Assembly: GCA_030141605.1 (NCBI GenBank)
Contig: JAQGDQ010000398.1
Span: 1-64,000, forward strand
Direction: 5' to 3'
Source of the DNA: Tubiluchus corallicola
Taxonomy: Eukaryota > Animalia > Priapulida
DNA: 64,000 nt
In this document: positions 22,794 to 36,149 of the stretch, one piece after another
Position numbering within the stretch: position 1 is the first letter of the stretch
Layout: the number at the start of each line of letters is the position of its first letter
Position numbers and translations under genes: made by a program
Notes under the pieces: model-generated
Told to the model about the DNA's origin: nothing
The model's database searches: none
What the model saw: the letters and a program-made list of their open reading frames with translations, nothing else

Positions 22794-25700
22794 AATGGTT
22801 AACTTCAACAGTCATGTGACTTGCCTTACTGTCATTGCAATCTTAATGGACTTAATTGCAGGTAAGCGATTTCTTTGCTAAACTGTTTTAATGTTTGGGC
22901 GTAGTAAATTCATTACTTAATGCTTATATGAATTCGTGAGTGTGATCGAAACAAAGGTCCATTTCGAGATGAAAACGTTTTGTACATAAATTTGTTTTAA
23001 AGAACTAATATATATATATATATTAATTCTTTATTTGTCATTAAAATGGTTCACTCATTATAATAAAATTGAGTAAGCCTCAGCGTAACGTTAAAATAAC
23101 CACACTGTTCAAGACAAATGCGTCCAATGCATACTAAAAAAAACTAAAGTGCAAAACTATATACAATAAATGAACATATTTACAAACACCATATTAAAAT
23201 ATTTTTACAAAACAATATTACAAAAGTACATTAAATTTTACATGACATATTTTACACTATATATACATTTGACATGACACAATTAACAGAAACATGCTTT
23301 ACATTACATAAATTTCAGTCATTACATTTACACTATTTATACATTTGACATTACAAAACTAACATAACACGTATTACATTACATAATTCTTTTAAAAAAA
23401 TTTCATTTTTAATCGTTATATGGAGTCAGGGGCGGGGGTAGATGAAAGTTGAGTCTGTGTAATTAGTATCAGATGCACAATGTGGACGTTGAAACCTGTT
23501 ATATTGATATTCTTTTAATTTCTTTTTAAAGTGGTGGAGAGATTTTATTTGTTTTATTTCACTGGGTAGTAAGTTCCATAAATGTACCCAGTGAGGTATA
23601 AGCTAAACTGCGCTTTCCTTTGGAAACAGTTTTCAGATGTAAATCATCGCCCTGGGACAGACTTCCAAATTTTGTCGCCATAAATTTAGCCGCTGCCACC
23701 ACCGCTGCTGCAGTCTTCACCACAGTATCTCCGTTGCCACGACCATAGCAATTGTTATCATATTACTTCTAACCCCTTCATCGCAATTACCAGCTGTATC
23801 ACGAATTTATCCCCACCACTAACAACAATACCAGCATTCGCTGTCGCTGCTATCACCGCCACCTTCACAAATTACCCTACGATTAATTTGTGAAAGTGGC
23901 GATTAAGACTGCGATTAATAATGTTATTCAAGTTCTTCTATTAATAAGACCTACTTTGTAACTACTTCTCATAATAATCCTAATCACTAAATAATCTACT
24001 TTCATTCATAAAATTCTTCCGTCTTAAAAAATCGTAGTAAATAAATAAAATTGTCATCTCTTGCTGTTACACATCGCCAAAAATAATTTGCAAGTACCAA
24101 TTACTTTTCATTTCTTTACCAAAACCAACGCCACATAGATATAATTATTTTTGTGTTTAGATTTTTTTGTCCCTTTATTGTTTCTTGTAGAATCCTCTAA
24201 TTATCATTGATTGAGTTAATTTGACTACATTAATAGTTATTACTTATCGTTGTCATTTTGTTGCAGTTACTCATCATTCATTTTGTTTTACATGAAGTTT
24301 GGGTCAATGTTTTACTTCATACTTATCGATTTTGGTTTATTGTGTTTTACAAACCTTTTGTTGTTTCCAGAATTGTGTTCTTTTGCTTAGATTCATATAT
24401 GTAACTATTTTCTATTAATTTTTCGTTTTTAGTTTCTTGACAATGTTTACTGATTTTCTTTCTTATTGATTTTGTTATCTGCAGCATCACTGTTTATTTT
24501 CATTTTTATTAAACCTATCTAGCCGTATGAAAGGGCAGGAGACTAGATGACCTTTTGGTCCCTCCCTGGCCTGCTCCATGATTACAATTACTGAATATTA
24601 AACTAAAACTATTGCTGTAAAACTATATTAGAGAAAATAAATGTTGTATGTCTATGATTACCATCGTGTACCAGATTTTCTACATTTTATGAAATCGCTA
24701 TACCTTCCAGATTGTGCTATTATTGCTTCATCCATTTCTTCCAGATTGTTCTGGCAACAGTCGATCATATCAACGTTTAACCCGCTATCGCCCGAAGCAG
24801 GAATTATTTGGACAAAGAATCAAAGAGTTTGTGTCAGTTGTACCACAACACGAGGTGTGTATGGCTATTGGCTAATTGCAGAGACATGATAAATATAATG
24901 TGTTGTTCTACATTTGTCACGCTCATGGTTAATTGTTAATAAAGTGCTTGCGCATTAATGAACTAGTTTAATTATGTTCATGCAATACTCTTATTTATAA
25001 ATAATGTGAGTATCCTGTACATTATAATGCATGTATGCGCGTTGTTAATTTGGCAATACATACTGAAAATTCTTGTTTTATGCATAAAATAATGACGATG
25101 TAAATGATGATATTGATAATATAGGTTTTACATGTCAAATGTAGACCTGCGTTGACTCAAATGTAGATTTAGGTAATCCAAATGTGTCTTGGTAACTCAA
25201 ATGTAGACTTAGGTAGTTCAAATGTATTAACAATGGCTTTCAAGAAATCTTAAGCGTTTTTGGTAAGTCAAATGTTGACACACGTCAAGTCAAATGTGAC
25301 ATTGGTATCTCAAATGTGGATAGGTGTTAAAGTTTAAGGATGTTAAATTTAATCTTCTTTAATTTCAATTTAATAATTGCTCCTAAGTTAAAATAACAAC
25401 GTTATAGGTCTACTAATAGATGCACTATCTTTGGTTTATCTTTTTCTAATTTGCCCTTAAATAACTTAATTACCGATTTATTCAAAGTAATGCATCTACA
25501 TTTGACTTACCTAAGTCACATTTGAGTTACCAAAACACATTCGAAATTCCTATGTCTACATTTGACTTACCCAAGACACATTTGAGTTACCAAAACACAT
25601 TCGAAATTCCTATGTCTACATTTGACTTACCTAAGTCACATTTGAGTTACCAAAACACATTCGAAATTCCTATGTCTACATTTGACTTACCTAAGTCACA

Positions 25701-27331
25701 TTTGAGTTACCAAAACACATTCGAAATTCCTATGTCTACATTTGACTTACCTAAGTCACATTTGAACTTTCCTATGTCTACATTTGACGTGTAAAACCTA
25801 TAATTATGATGGTGACGACGATAACAACAACAACAACTACAACAGACAAACAACCAATATCAGCAGCAACATAAGCAACAGTAATACTGTAATTTAAACT
25901 AACTTTAGGTGTCAGGGGAGATGTTTACGGCTGACAGGCAAGCACTGTGGATACGAGACTTTCACTATACACCAAGCGAATCATGTTATAGTACGTATAT
26001 TGGTGTATGTGTTTCATACAATACACACACTCATTTAATTTATTAGTGAACAAAACACTTTTGTGTGTAAACATTTCCTATGTCTTATGTTGAAACAGGA
26101 ATTAAATGTTCTCCAAAGATATCATTTAGTTCGTAAAAGCAAATCAGAAACACGGTGAGATTGAACGAAATAACCTATGAAACGTCTGAAAGAGTTTTTA
26201 TTTTATTGTAAAGCGGTTGGCAAATCACTGCATTTGCCTCAGCTCCTGCCTGTAATTTTAAAACAGGGGAATGTTTGAGTAAAATTTGTTTAGTGAGGTA
26301 AAACAATGACAAAATGTTGCAAAAAATAACTGAAGTAATAAAATGCATTAGAGGAAAGGATTTTTAGAAAATTAACATAATGGCTCACAAGGAAATGCAG
26401 AAATACAGGCCTACAATTAAATCTAGTTGTTAATTGTTTATTTTTGTAAACGTGTAGATACTATTTACTGTTTAACTTCTACTGTTTCTTTAATTATGAC
26501 GATGGATACCAAAGTGTTGGGATGCATTGTGTGACGTATGATTTTTTTATGTACATTGTATTGTATATTGTATTGTGTTGTTCGTCAATAAGCTATAAAA
26601 CTATGAGCCTGATATTCTGACGGCAATCTAATTAGTTTGAACTTCTGCAATATTTGCCACATGGGGACTTTCATTGCATTACTACAAATGGGTATTAGTA
26701 ATGTTTTCCTTGTAAAAACGAAACAGCTTTGCGCACTTTCCGAAAACCACCCCGTGAGTTCAATTGTCAAACCACGCTTCGCAGCAAGGTACCAAAATTA
26801 GGCAACCGACCAAAATTTGGGGGGATTTTTTCCGTCTTTATTATTAAGAATAACTTCACAACCATTAATCAAATTTTTAACGTTATACTGGTATGACTTG
26901 AGTATTTCTAATTTATGTGACACGGATTGTGGCACCAAATAGTAGCTCAAGATGGATGTTCGGTGCTGCCATCTATGAGTCAGTTTGCTATCCTATTAGT
27001 TGCCATCTATGATCAACTAAATGATAATTAATAAAAGCCGTGAAAAGGCTGATAAAGTTTTTAGATTTTTCCTGTAAATTATTTTGTTGTTTCCTGTAAA
27101 CAACAACTGTCAACCAATCAACGTCGACAAAATTTATGTCTTCATTTTTTACGCAGATGTCCACTTTTGGGTGGGATTAAAGGAAATCGCAGGACCTTTG
27201 CCAGATACAAGCGGCGTGGCAATCACTGACGAACTTGGCAGGTATCTTAACACCAAAACTACATTAATGATAGATCTTCACAGATCATCTTATCATTATT
27301 AGTTTTATCATCATCATCATCATCGTCATCG

Positions 27332-27411
<80 letters not shown>

Positions 27412-30400
27412 TTTGTCGTCGTCGTTGTCGTCGTAGTCATCATCATCGTCATCACCATCATCATCATTGTTATTATTACTTTGATTTTCATTATGATTAT
27501 GAATATCATTGTCATTATTATTGTTACAAATGAGTTAAATATGTACTGTATTGTAGGCTTAACGTACTCTAGCAGTTTCTAGTTAAGACTCGAACCTGTG
27601 ACTTTCGTGTTCGTTCAGTGTTAAATTGTTTTTCAGTGTAGAGCCTTTACGACAATACCAGGGAGAGTCATTCACGTTGGGATTGCCGTATCCGTTGGAG
27701 AACGTAGCATGGCTTTCCGTTTGGTGTTTAGATCATAATGTGGGTTAAAAATCTATCATCTCTAAATGAAAAAAGTGATAATTTTGCAATTTTCATGGCG
27801 TATTTTCCAATTTTCTGTGTTTCTGTGTACTTTTGTAAGCTCTTTTAATACTGACTATGAAAATAATCACAAGTAAATCTTTACCAAGTTGTTGTCACTT
27901 TTTACTATAAAGATTAAAATTAGTTAAAACAATTATTGTTATTTGATACTGAGGAATCTTCACTCAACTACCCAAATACTATACAAGTTGGTTTGGATAC
28001 AAAGCTTCATGTGACATAATAATGTAAATAGAGAAAAATCGAAAGCAAGCGAAATCAATGTCACAAATAAGTAGTAAACGCGAATAGAAGGAGTAGGTAT
28101 AAGCGAAGCAAAGCTGGGCATGGTTAGTAAATTGGTGGGTCACAGAAGGGAAACTGGTTTTAAATAGTTTCCTCTTTTGTGTTCGTTTCTACATCAGAAG
28201 ATTATAATTAACAGATAGATTCCAGTCCTACATAATACGTAATACTTCATACATAATACAGTATGTAGACTTTGCATTGTAAAGGTCCTATTCCTGCTTC
28301 TTGTAGTGTTTTAGATATTTGAATGTTTCAGATTACACCAAGAGAACAAGTTTTTCTAAGTTTAGATGTGGCAGTCATAAACTGCCCATTTCTGCTAATA
28401 AATATAAATTTGAAGAAGTTGATATTAATAGGAGAATGTGTAATTTGTGTAACACGCAAGAGCAGGGTGATGAATTTCACTATGTGTTATATGACCGTAC
28501 TTCCAATATGCCAGGCAAGTGTATATTAAAGCATATTACTGTAGGAGGAAATAAATATAAAGTTCACACTTTGAAGTATGAACAGTTTTTCTCAACTGCC
28601 AATAGAAAAAATTAAATAATTTGGCGAAGTTTGCTAGTGTTAAAATATCAAAATTTCTTTTGCATAAGTTTATTTATTGCTTCCATTTAATATTTTTGTA
28701 AAAAAACGTCTTGCTTGTAATTGTTGGATGTCTCTTCTGCCCTAAAGGGTAATATAGATTTCAATAAATTAGAAAAAAGTGGAAAAATTTGAAATTTATT
28801 GTATGCCGACTGTTTAAAATTAAACAAGTACAGCTAACGCCATTTTGCAGGTTGACATAGCAGGGGTGCTTTTCTTTGACGTCAAAACCCCAGCGCCCAT
28901 TGCTATTCAAAGACCGTTGAAAGGGCAGCATGGAATACGAACTAGAGATGTAGACGTACCAAACCATCAAACAATAATCCTTCGAAGCTTGTACTACGAC
29001 GGGAAAGGACCCAGTAAGTTGACTGAATTAACGATAAATCTGCCTTTAGATTTTTAGTCGCTGTGCTCTGTCTGTACGCTATAAATGCATAGTGCGGGGC
29101 ACCTCTGCGAAGATAGAACTAAAAATACGAAAAATGATACATTTATTAAATGTCCCGGTATCTGTAGTATATATGTCTTTGTACAGTCTTGAAGTTTTAG
29201 TAATTATTCTAGAATAGTTGTTAAATTATCTACATAACATTATATCATACATCTTTTGGCTAATAACAACTGATTTGTACTTCGATGTTATTTCTAAATT
29301 CTGGTAAATATATTCGTTTTAGATACGTTGATAATGAGCAGTTTGTTCGAAACCGGTAGACAATAAATTCCATTTTGATGCAGTTACTTTTATTTGCGCA
29401 CTACATCATTTAGAATTTCACCACGCTGAACAGTAAAATACATTTAAAATTCAAAAATGCATTAAAAATACGTTGAAAAATTAAAAAAAAATTCACCTTA
29501 AAAAGCACAATACCCAAACAAGTGCGTTTTAAGATGCTGTTTAAAAGAATCTAATGAATACATGAATGAGCCAGTTTCTATAAATCACCATGTTTATTGA
29601 GCGACGGTCGTGTCGGCTACTGTAGCCATTATCAAACTATAATCTTGATAGTTTGATAATGGCTACAGTAGCTGAAACGGTCGTCGCTAAATAAACATTG
29701 AGAATCTAATGAGATTGCAGCGCGTACAGCAACAAGTAAGTTATTCCAGAGGCGTGGAGCACAGAGAGAAAAACTTTTTCGCCATGTAATGCTGTATTTG
29801 AAGCTAGCTGATATAAAGTAATTTGTTCATCATCGTTAGAACGAAGTGTTCGGTCTATGTTGCGACGTAACAAAGGATCTATGAGATGTGCAGGTGCCAA
29901 GCCGTATAGTATTTTGTTGGTGATACAAAGAATTTTAAATTTACTTCGGAACTTCATCCGCAGCAACGTAACCATCTTTTTCTGTGATCTATTTTCATGT
30001 TTTGGTAATGAGACTATGGCAATAATCAAGTTTGGATTTAATAAAGCATGTATGAGTTTTTCAGTTGCTTGCTGGTTGAGAATAGGTCTGATTTTTCCAA
30101 TTTTCCACAATGCCAATGTGGCTGATCTGCTAAGGTTTGTTGTTATTAATGAACCTCACCCCATGTCACACAAAAATTTAATTTGCCGAGTAATAAAAAT
30201 TGGAATTTTTAAAAAATCTGAAGTAATGTTTTTGTTTTTGCCTTTAGAAACTCAGTTTATGGCTGGTTCTGGTGAAGTGAATTCAAGAAATGGCTTTAAA
30301 CTGATTAATCACAGAGGCAAATTGTAAGTATGGCAGCAGTTGATTTATTGCTATTGTTATTACTAATGAATGTCATTAGTAATAACAATTATTAATAAAT

Positions 30401-30760
30401 GTTTTATAATTTTACCAACAAATGTTGCTTCCTAGTTTTTTATATCTAACATGATCATATGCAGCAAACTGGCAATTGTTGTAATAGTTTTTGCAATGTA
30501 CAATGATGCAAAAGTCATTCCTAAGTCAGTCAGTCAGCAGGCTAGTTGTTTGAAGCCCGTTGTTCACCTGTACTAGTAATCTGTAATTTTTCTTTGGATT
30601 TTTCACCAGAAACTACGAAACTTTGCCGCAATACAACGGAGAGGACATTACATTGTTGCTTCCACCTGATAAATCTATCTATGACTTCGACTGGATTAGC
30701 ATCTATGACTTGAGATTCAGCACGAGTTTTGCCACCATGCAACTACCATCGATCAAATGA
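22786..30760 (+). CDS. Secreted protein with two tandem DM13 domains (Skeletor-like), 8 exons
   Basis: Phase-consistent exons: 22786-22861 (signal peptide), 24745-24854 (..PQHE), 25909-25990 (VSGEMFTADRQALWIRDFHY), 27157-27241 (VHFWVG..ITDELG), 27637-27739 (PLRQYQGESFTLGLP..WLSVWC), 28851-29013 (HGIRTRDV..LYYDGKGP), 30248-30323, 30610-30760 (LPQYNGEDITLLLP..FDWISIY..stop). HxV-G, YDG-P, FWVG and WLSVWC are DM13 hallmarks. Confidence 0.88.
23490..23660 (-). mobile_element. CR1/L2 LINE ORF2 3' fragment
   Basis: Minus translation LWNLLPSEIKQIKSLHHFKKKLKEY, typical CR1/L2 C-terminus. Confidence 0.7.
24520..24612 (+). mobile_element. CR1-type 3' UTR remnant
   Basis: GACTAGATGACCTTTTGGTCCCTCCC resembles the conserved CR1 3' stem-loop, followed by a short AAACT tail. 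Confidence 0.5.
25122..25800. mobile_element. MITE with long subterminal repeats and an internal 60-bp tandem array
   Basis: TIRs TAGGTTTTACATGTCAAATGTAGAC ... GTCTACATTTGACGTGTAAAACCTA flanked by TA (or AT). The 60-bp unit repeats ~4.5 times at 25495-25765. Confidence 0.85.
27305..27525. repeat. (ATC)n/(GTC)n microsatellite
   Basis: Direct reading; source of the poly-Met ORF. Confidence 0.95.
28319..28770 (+). mobile_element. LINE (CR1/L2 group) ORF2 C-terminal zinc-knuckle fragment with 3' UTR
   Basis: FSKFRCGSHKLPI...RMCNLCNTQEQGDEFHYVL; AATAAA at ~28763. Confidence 0.75.
29590..29698. repeat. ~110-bp palindrome of Penelope/hammerhead-like sequence
   Basis: ATGTTTATTGAGCGACGGTCGT..GGCTACTGTAGCCATTATCAAACTAT, short loop, ATAGTTTGATAATGGCTACAGTAGCTGAAACGGTCGTCGCTAAATAAACAT. 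Confidence 0.8.
29706..30150 (-). mobile_element. L2-type LINE ORF2 3' fragment
   Basis: ALWKIGKIRPILNQQATEKLIHAL...RSKFKILCITNKILYGLAPAHL...RTLRS is typical of the L2/CR1 region after RT. Confidence 0.75.
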
Positions 30761-31200
30761 TATTTATACTCTTATGCAAAAAGCATTGGTAATATATCCT
30801 ATGTATTAATATGGGGTGTTTCAAAAAAGTAAAAAAGCTACTCTTAAATTCTTAACAATGAATTAAAATTTAATAACAGTTACAGCAGGAAACAACTGCC
30901 AATTTTATGGCCGACTCTACGATTCATGGCAATTTTCGTGGCATCTAACTTTCTTTCGTGATTCTACTGCAGCTATTTTAATTTGTAGCCTGTATACAAC
31001 GGTCTTTGCTATATATAGTTAGTTCTACACCTTGATTAGAGTTAGCATGTTAGCAGAAAATAATATAGACTTAAATGTAGACTCCAAAAAACTTCTCAAC
31101 TACTGAGTACGAATTTACCACGAGACTAAAGAATCGTTGGTTATTTTACTGCAAAGAAATCTTGAAATTCGCATTAGCAGGTTACTCCTGAAACACCCGA

Positions 31201-31666
31201 CAGGGCAATTCCACAATTAGAGAGACATGACCCTAAAATTTCAATTTGTTTTTTTCCATAATTCTTGTGTTTGACTTAGTAAAAGGCACATTGAAGTTTC
31301 AGGGAAAAGTATTTGTCAGGGTACATGGTTATTCTTAGATACTGAATTCACCACTTTTGGGTGAGTGTACTTTCATGCTATATTTCATTGGCAAAATCTG
31401 TATAATGGTAAAGAAGCTATATATTCAAAATAAATGATGCATTCAATCAGAAGTATCAAATTCATATAGGCAGTGTAGTGCCTTCATGGATTTATATTAG
31501 CAAAATTGACAGATACGTCTTGAAAATGCCAACACAGTTGCCTTTTCCCACCCTCTGCAAGCCACGTAACATGAGTGAGACTTAATATCAATAGATAAAG
31601 AAATCACTTATTTAAAACATGAGAACATCCCTAAAATGTAACATTACTAACCGTGGAATTGCCCTG
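31201..31666. mobile_element. MITE with 14-bp TIRs
   Basis: CAGGGCAATTCCAC ... GTGGAATTGCCCTG perfect inverted repeat; no clean TSD seen. Confidence 0.75.
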
Positions 31667-34192
31667 ACATGTTTTTTGCTAAATTGTTGTCGATTTATTT
31701 TTCTGCTGATCTATTCTTGTAAAATTAACTATAACACATGAAGACGTGAATTCAAGAAAACAGTCAATACACGTATGTTGTTTTTCAGTTGTTTTTAATA
31801 AATGTTTTTTGAACTTATCATGTCTCAAAGTATGACTTGAATTCCATTTCAGAATGCACTGAATTATATATCTATAGATATCCCATGACATGGCATTTTG
31901 TGTTTGCCCCTTCAGAACACTACGGTGTAGTTACAAAATGTTGTACCTCATAGGTGTAATAAATTTATCATCATGGGTGTTTCCGTTACCCAACACAGCA
32001 CCGCTCATAATTGCGCCAAATTCCCCGATCTGCTGCCAAATGCCAAATATCTATGTCATTTAAAGCAAAATCGGACAATTTTAAACTGGAGATCAAAATA
32101 GTGTACTCTTCAAAATAATGAAAGGAAACATACATTTTTTTCAAAAATGACTTACGTGAAAGAATTATTACTACATAAACACAATTCCACATTCGCGTCA
32201 CTAGTTCTTCGCTGTTACATGCATTTCGCCGTTTGCTAGTTAAACGGGCACTAGCGCCTGCATTTCGGAAACGCATTGCACAAAAACAGGGTGCTATGCC
32301 TTTTGGTTCAGATGTGTTAGTTTGTGACGAACTACACACGTTCGACAGCTCATGCGTGAGTACAGCGGTAAATTTGAAATTTGGATTTTTATCTCAAAAC
32401 TTGCCTAGTTTTAGTACAACATACTAAATGTCTTACACTAGCACTGTACTTCAATTTTCGCTTTCGCAAACACGTTCAACAAGCTTGTGGAATGTTTTTG
32501 CTGTTGAAAATTATGTTCATTTGTGATGTCGTGAATAGTTGGGATCGCCCGCCTTAATTAAGCTTTTAATCTATTATTTAATTATCAGAAACGCTTTTGC
32601 AGTATTAATAGTGTTAAAATGTTTGCTTTTTATCCGGCTTGAAAATGGGATAGTTTCTGAAAAATCATCCTGTTTTTCTTTAAACAAGAAATTAGAGAAT
32701 CACTGAGCAAAGAATTGCTATTATCTTTCCCGGCACTGCAAGTTTATAGTTGTAATTGTGATATAAATAAGAAAAGGGGGATAAAGTGAAATGTCAAACA
32801 TGAAAGTGGCGCCGCGGCACATCATAGTGTGTTACATATAGATAAAATTCAAATGATGCTAAATCTTTTTCGCATCAAGCTGTAAACTAGGAAAGCAGCC
32901 CAGAACTATTTTAAAATGCATCTGATAATTTACGTGATACCATGCAAAAAACTGCATCATGTAATCTGCTCCATGGCAATTTTTTTAATGTTTTGTAATG
33001 GCCTTTGCAGCATTACATACAGATGGCTTCCAAATATTGTACTCTCAAATGCCAGGCAAAGGATTGTCAAAATAATTTAAACTGAATGTTGTTTAAAGGT
33101 CAAATACAGCCTGCTTTCTGAAGTTACGAATGCTCTAAATACGTTTTTCTGATATTTTTAACTTTTTCTGGGTGGTTTATGTAAGAGGAAATCGGATGTA
33201 GTGGTGTCATTTCCGATTAAAGTATGATAATGACAAGTACAATTAGAAATGCTTAATTAGCTTCTTAAAACAGGTAACGTCTGATTTCTTTTAAGTAAAA
33301 TTCAAACTGTGGTGGTCTTTATTTCTGGCGTAGAAATATCAATATTAGCCTTATTAATAAGAAATAATTTAGAGGAGAGCATGGCTGTTTCCCTTAACTT
33401 CATGAACAAGAAAATGATTATACACGTATCAGTAAATCAAAAGTATTTGTTGCTGTTTATGGTGGTCTGTGAATTCGTATGATACGATGCGCGTGAATAG
33501 CCAAGAAGACATGTGAAACTAGAAAGTCCTGAATTATAAAAGCCGACATTTATTAAATGACATAGAACAGAGCTAGACATATGAGGTACAAGTCTGCATT
33601 AAACCTTTGACACAAGCTCTCTGCCTTCAAAGCTGCAGGGCGGGCCTTTTTGTTAAACCTAGCGATGAGCAATCGATTTATACACATGGACAGAAATGTG
33701 TCATAACGTATTTGGACATGGCAACTTGGCAAATTCTGCATAGCAACTAAAATCTTTCAATTTTCTAATGTCTGTGCAGTCAGAGCCTGCTAATCGGGAT
33801 TCCCTGAGTTATATACCAAAATGATATCAATTATAAATTAATTAAACATTATGTCACTGTATCGAGTTATAAGATTCAGTGCTGCCTGCATTGCTTTTAA
33901 TATAAACTATAAATATGCGCAGGCAAATGAGATAATATTCACACTACATACAGAGCGATACTACAAAGAGATTGTACAGTTTAAACACTGAAAAAAATCA
34001 CAATTTCGTTTTTCAAAAAGATTTTCAATCCCTGAAAGTTCAAAAATGCATAAATTTTGCGAGGCTCGAAAGTTATTCCATGAATAACCAGCAAAGAAAC
34101 TTACAAGATTTTTCATTTAACAACGTACTTATAACATAACATATGAGCGAAGTTTGATATGCGCCAGATTTTTTTATTTCTGATAATCATAA

Positions 34193-35524
34193 TTAATATC
34201 TTGTAAATAAGCGTTGTTGCCTGTCTTGCAACTCTTGAGTAAACGAAATACCAGTTTTTATCAAATCACTGCAAAATTCTGGTGCATTTGATTTTAAAAC
34301 GTACGCGAAGGTTTTGTCTGAATAGGGTTTAAATTTTTCATCGGGCATATCTTTGCCAGAAATCTGTCCACTGGTGCACTGTTCTTTAGTGGAATTTATC
34401 AACTGTTTCAGCTGCCTGACATCTATTGCCATTGTTTGTTCGCCGTACGATTTCACTTTTTCATTAAAAATGTTAAGAAAAGATCTATAAAGTTTGTAGT
34501 CGCCACTATTCCACTCTTCTACCTTTTTTATAAGCGACTCATCCAGGTTCGTTTTATGGATAGAACTGCGTACATTAGTTTGTAAGACAACAACATCAGA
34601 CAGATTCCAGCGGAGAAGATCTTTTAACAGAATAAGTGATTCTTCGTGTTTTTCAGCGATCATCACAAGGTCAAATTCTCTGCGTATCATTTCAATTATG
34701 TCATCAACAGCCTGTCTGTTGCCCATTTTACTTACATCTAAACCGAAGTAATACAACACAACGTTTCGCAAGGTATTTACAGTGTATTTCCTGACCTTGG
34801 CGAACTTTTCTGGATCTTGCATAAACGAGTAAAAGTTTGCGCCTAGTCGTTTTTCAAGCTCATTGTAAGAATAATACGATTCCAACATGGCTGCCGGATG
34901 GCGAATAATAGTAACTAACTTTGCTTTTGGCATTATTCTTTTCACCGTATTTATACGTAATCTGGTATGTTGGCAAAATATATTGTAAATTCCTCTGGGG
35001 TGTTGTATGAGCATGTCAGTGGTGAATGGTTTTTGAATACCAAGATGCTGGTGCCCTCTATGAGGAAGAGCAAATGACAGGTTGTGCTTCTTACCGTATC
35101 TCATAAATATATTCATGAGCGAGGTGCTGGCACATTTGGGAATCTTGAGAAAGAAGATATTGTTTACAGGAGTGCCAGGAACATACTGGAAGTTAGTATG
35201 AAAGGGATCTAATAATCTTGGCAAAGAAGACCTATAAATAGATTAGCCTAGATTAATTGACATTGCCTAGAAGAAAATTTTAATTCATTTATGCCTAGTT
35301 GTTATAATTGATTGTTATACATAATTTTAACGTGACTTTCTTTGACTATTGTCGCTGTCGTTCGTTATCATTACCGTCGTCGTCGTCATCGTCGTAGTTG
35401 TCGTACTCATCATCATTCTAATCATCTCCACCGGTTTTATCAAGATCAGCAGCATTAGCAGTGGTTATTTACGTGTTTACTGTTAACAGCTATATATCTA
35501 TCTGTCTATCTTTCTATCTATCTA

Positions 35525-35559
<35 letters not shown>

Positions 35560-35572
35560 ATATATTTTTTTT

Positions 35573-35625
<53 letters not shown>

Positions 35626-35974
35626 ACATATATATATTAAGAAAATAGAAAGGCGCCAAGGTTTCATGGAAAAGGGAGCTGAACTAAAAGACCTTTGTGA
35701 TACAAACACAGTGACAATTCTTGACTTGTATCACAGTGATTTTGGTTCGAAACCATTGACACTTTGTCGTATCTACCATTTTTCATAGTCAACATTTATG
35801 TGGTTTTTTAAGTTTAACGCAAACATTTTACAACTGCCATATCAATAAATTAACATCTTGTTCATTAGTTTCAGGTTTTTATATTACAATGAATGCTTAC
35901 CTGTAGTATGATATGAAGCAAAGAAAACAAAAGCTCAGCAGTAATAATACAAGCTGTCGTTTCAAAACAGTCAT
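34193..35974 (-). CDS. Galactose-3-O-sulfotransferase family (GAL3ST-like) type II Golgi membrane protein, 2 coding exons
   Basis: Exon 35901-35974 MTVLKRQLVLLLLSFCFLCFISYY (TM anchor) splices in phase to 34193-35231, which has NIFFLKIPKCASTSLMNIFMRYG, YNIFCQH, VTIIRHP..LESYYSY, FDLVMIAE..ESLILLKDLLRW and WNSGDYKLY. Confidence 0.9.
35492..35637. repeat. (TATC)n/(TC)n/(TA)n microsatellite cluster
   Basis: Direct reading. Confidence 0.9.
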
Positions 35975-36149
35975 GTTTCAGTTATGCAGTTAAATGCAAC
36001 ATGCTTTGATACACTGGAAGATAAAATGAGTAATATAAGAGTTGACATCTGCTTATAAACTCAATGTTCTACATCTCGAATATATATCATGGTGATTGTT
36101 TACATAAATACTAGCATTCCATTGTCACATTTAACTTAACAACATCGAA

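Noticed and set aside
25495-25790. CRISPR-like or repeat-protein ORF (SYQNTFEIPMSTFDLPK)n
   Set aside because: Pure 60-bp tandem repeat without unique spacers, inside MITE TIRs; no cas genes, eukaryotic context.
25909-25945. Apparent frameshift in DM13 exon 3 (GVRGDVY*)
   Set aside because: A phase-0 splice from PQHE gives VSGEMFTADRQ with no frameshift.
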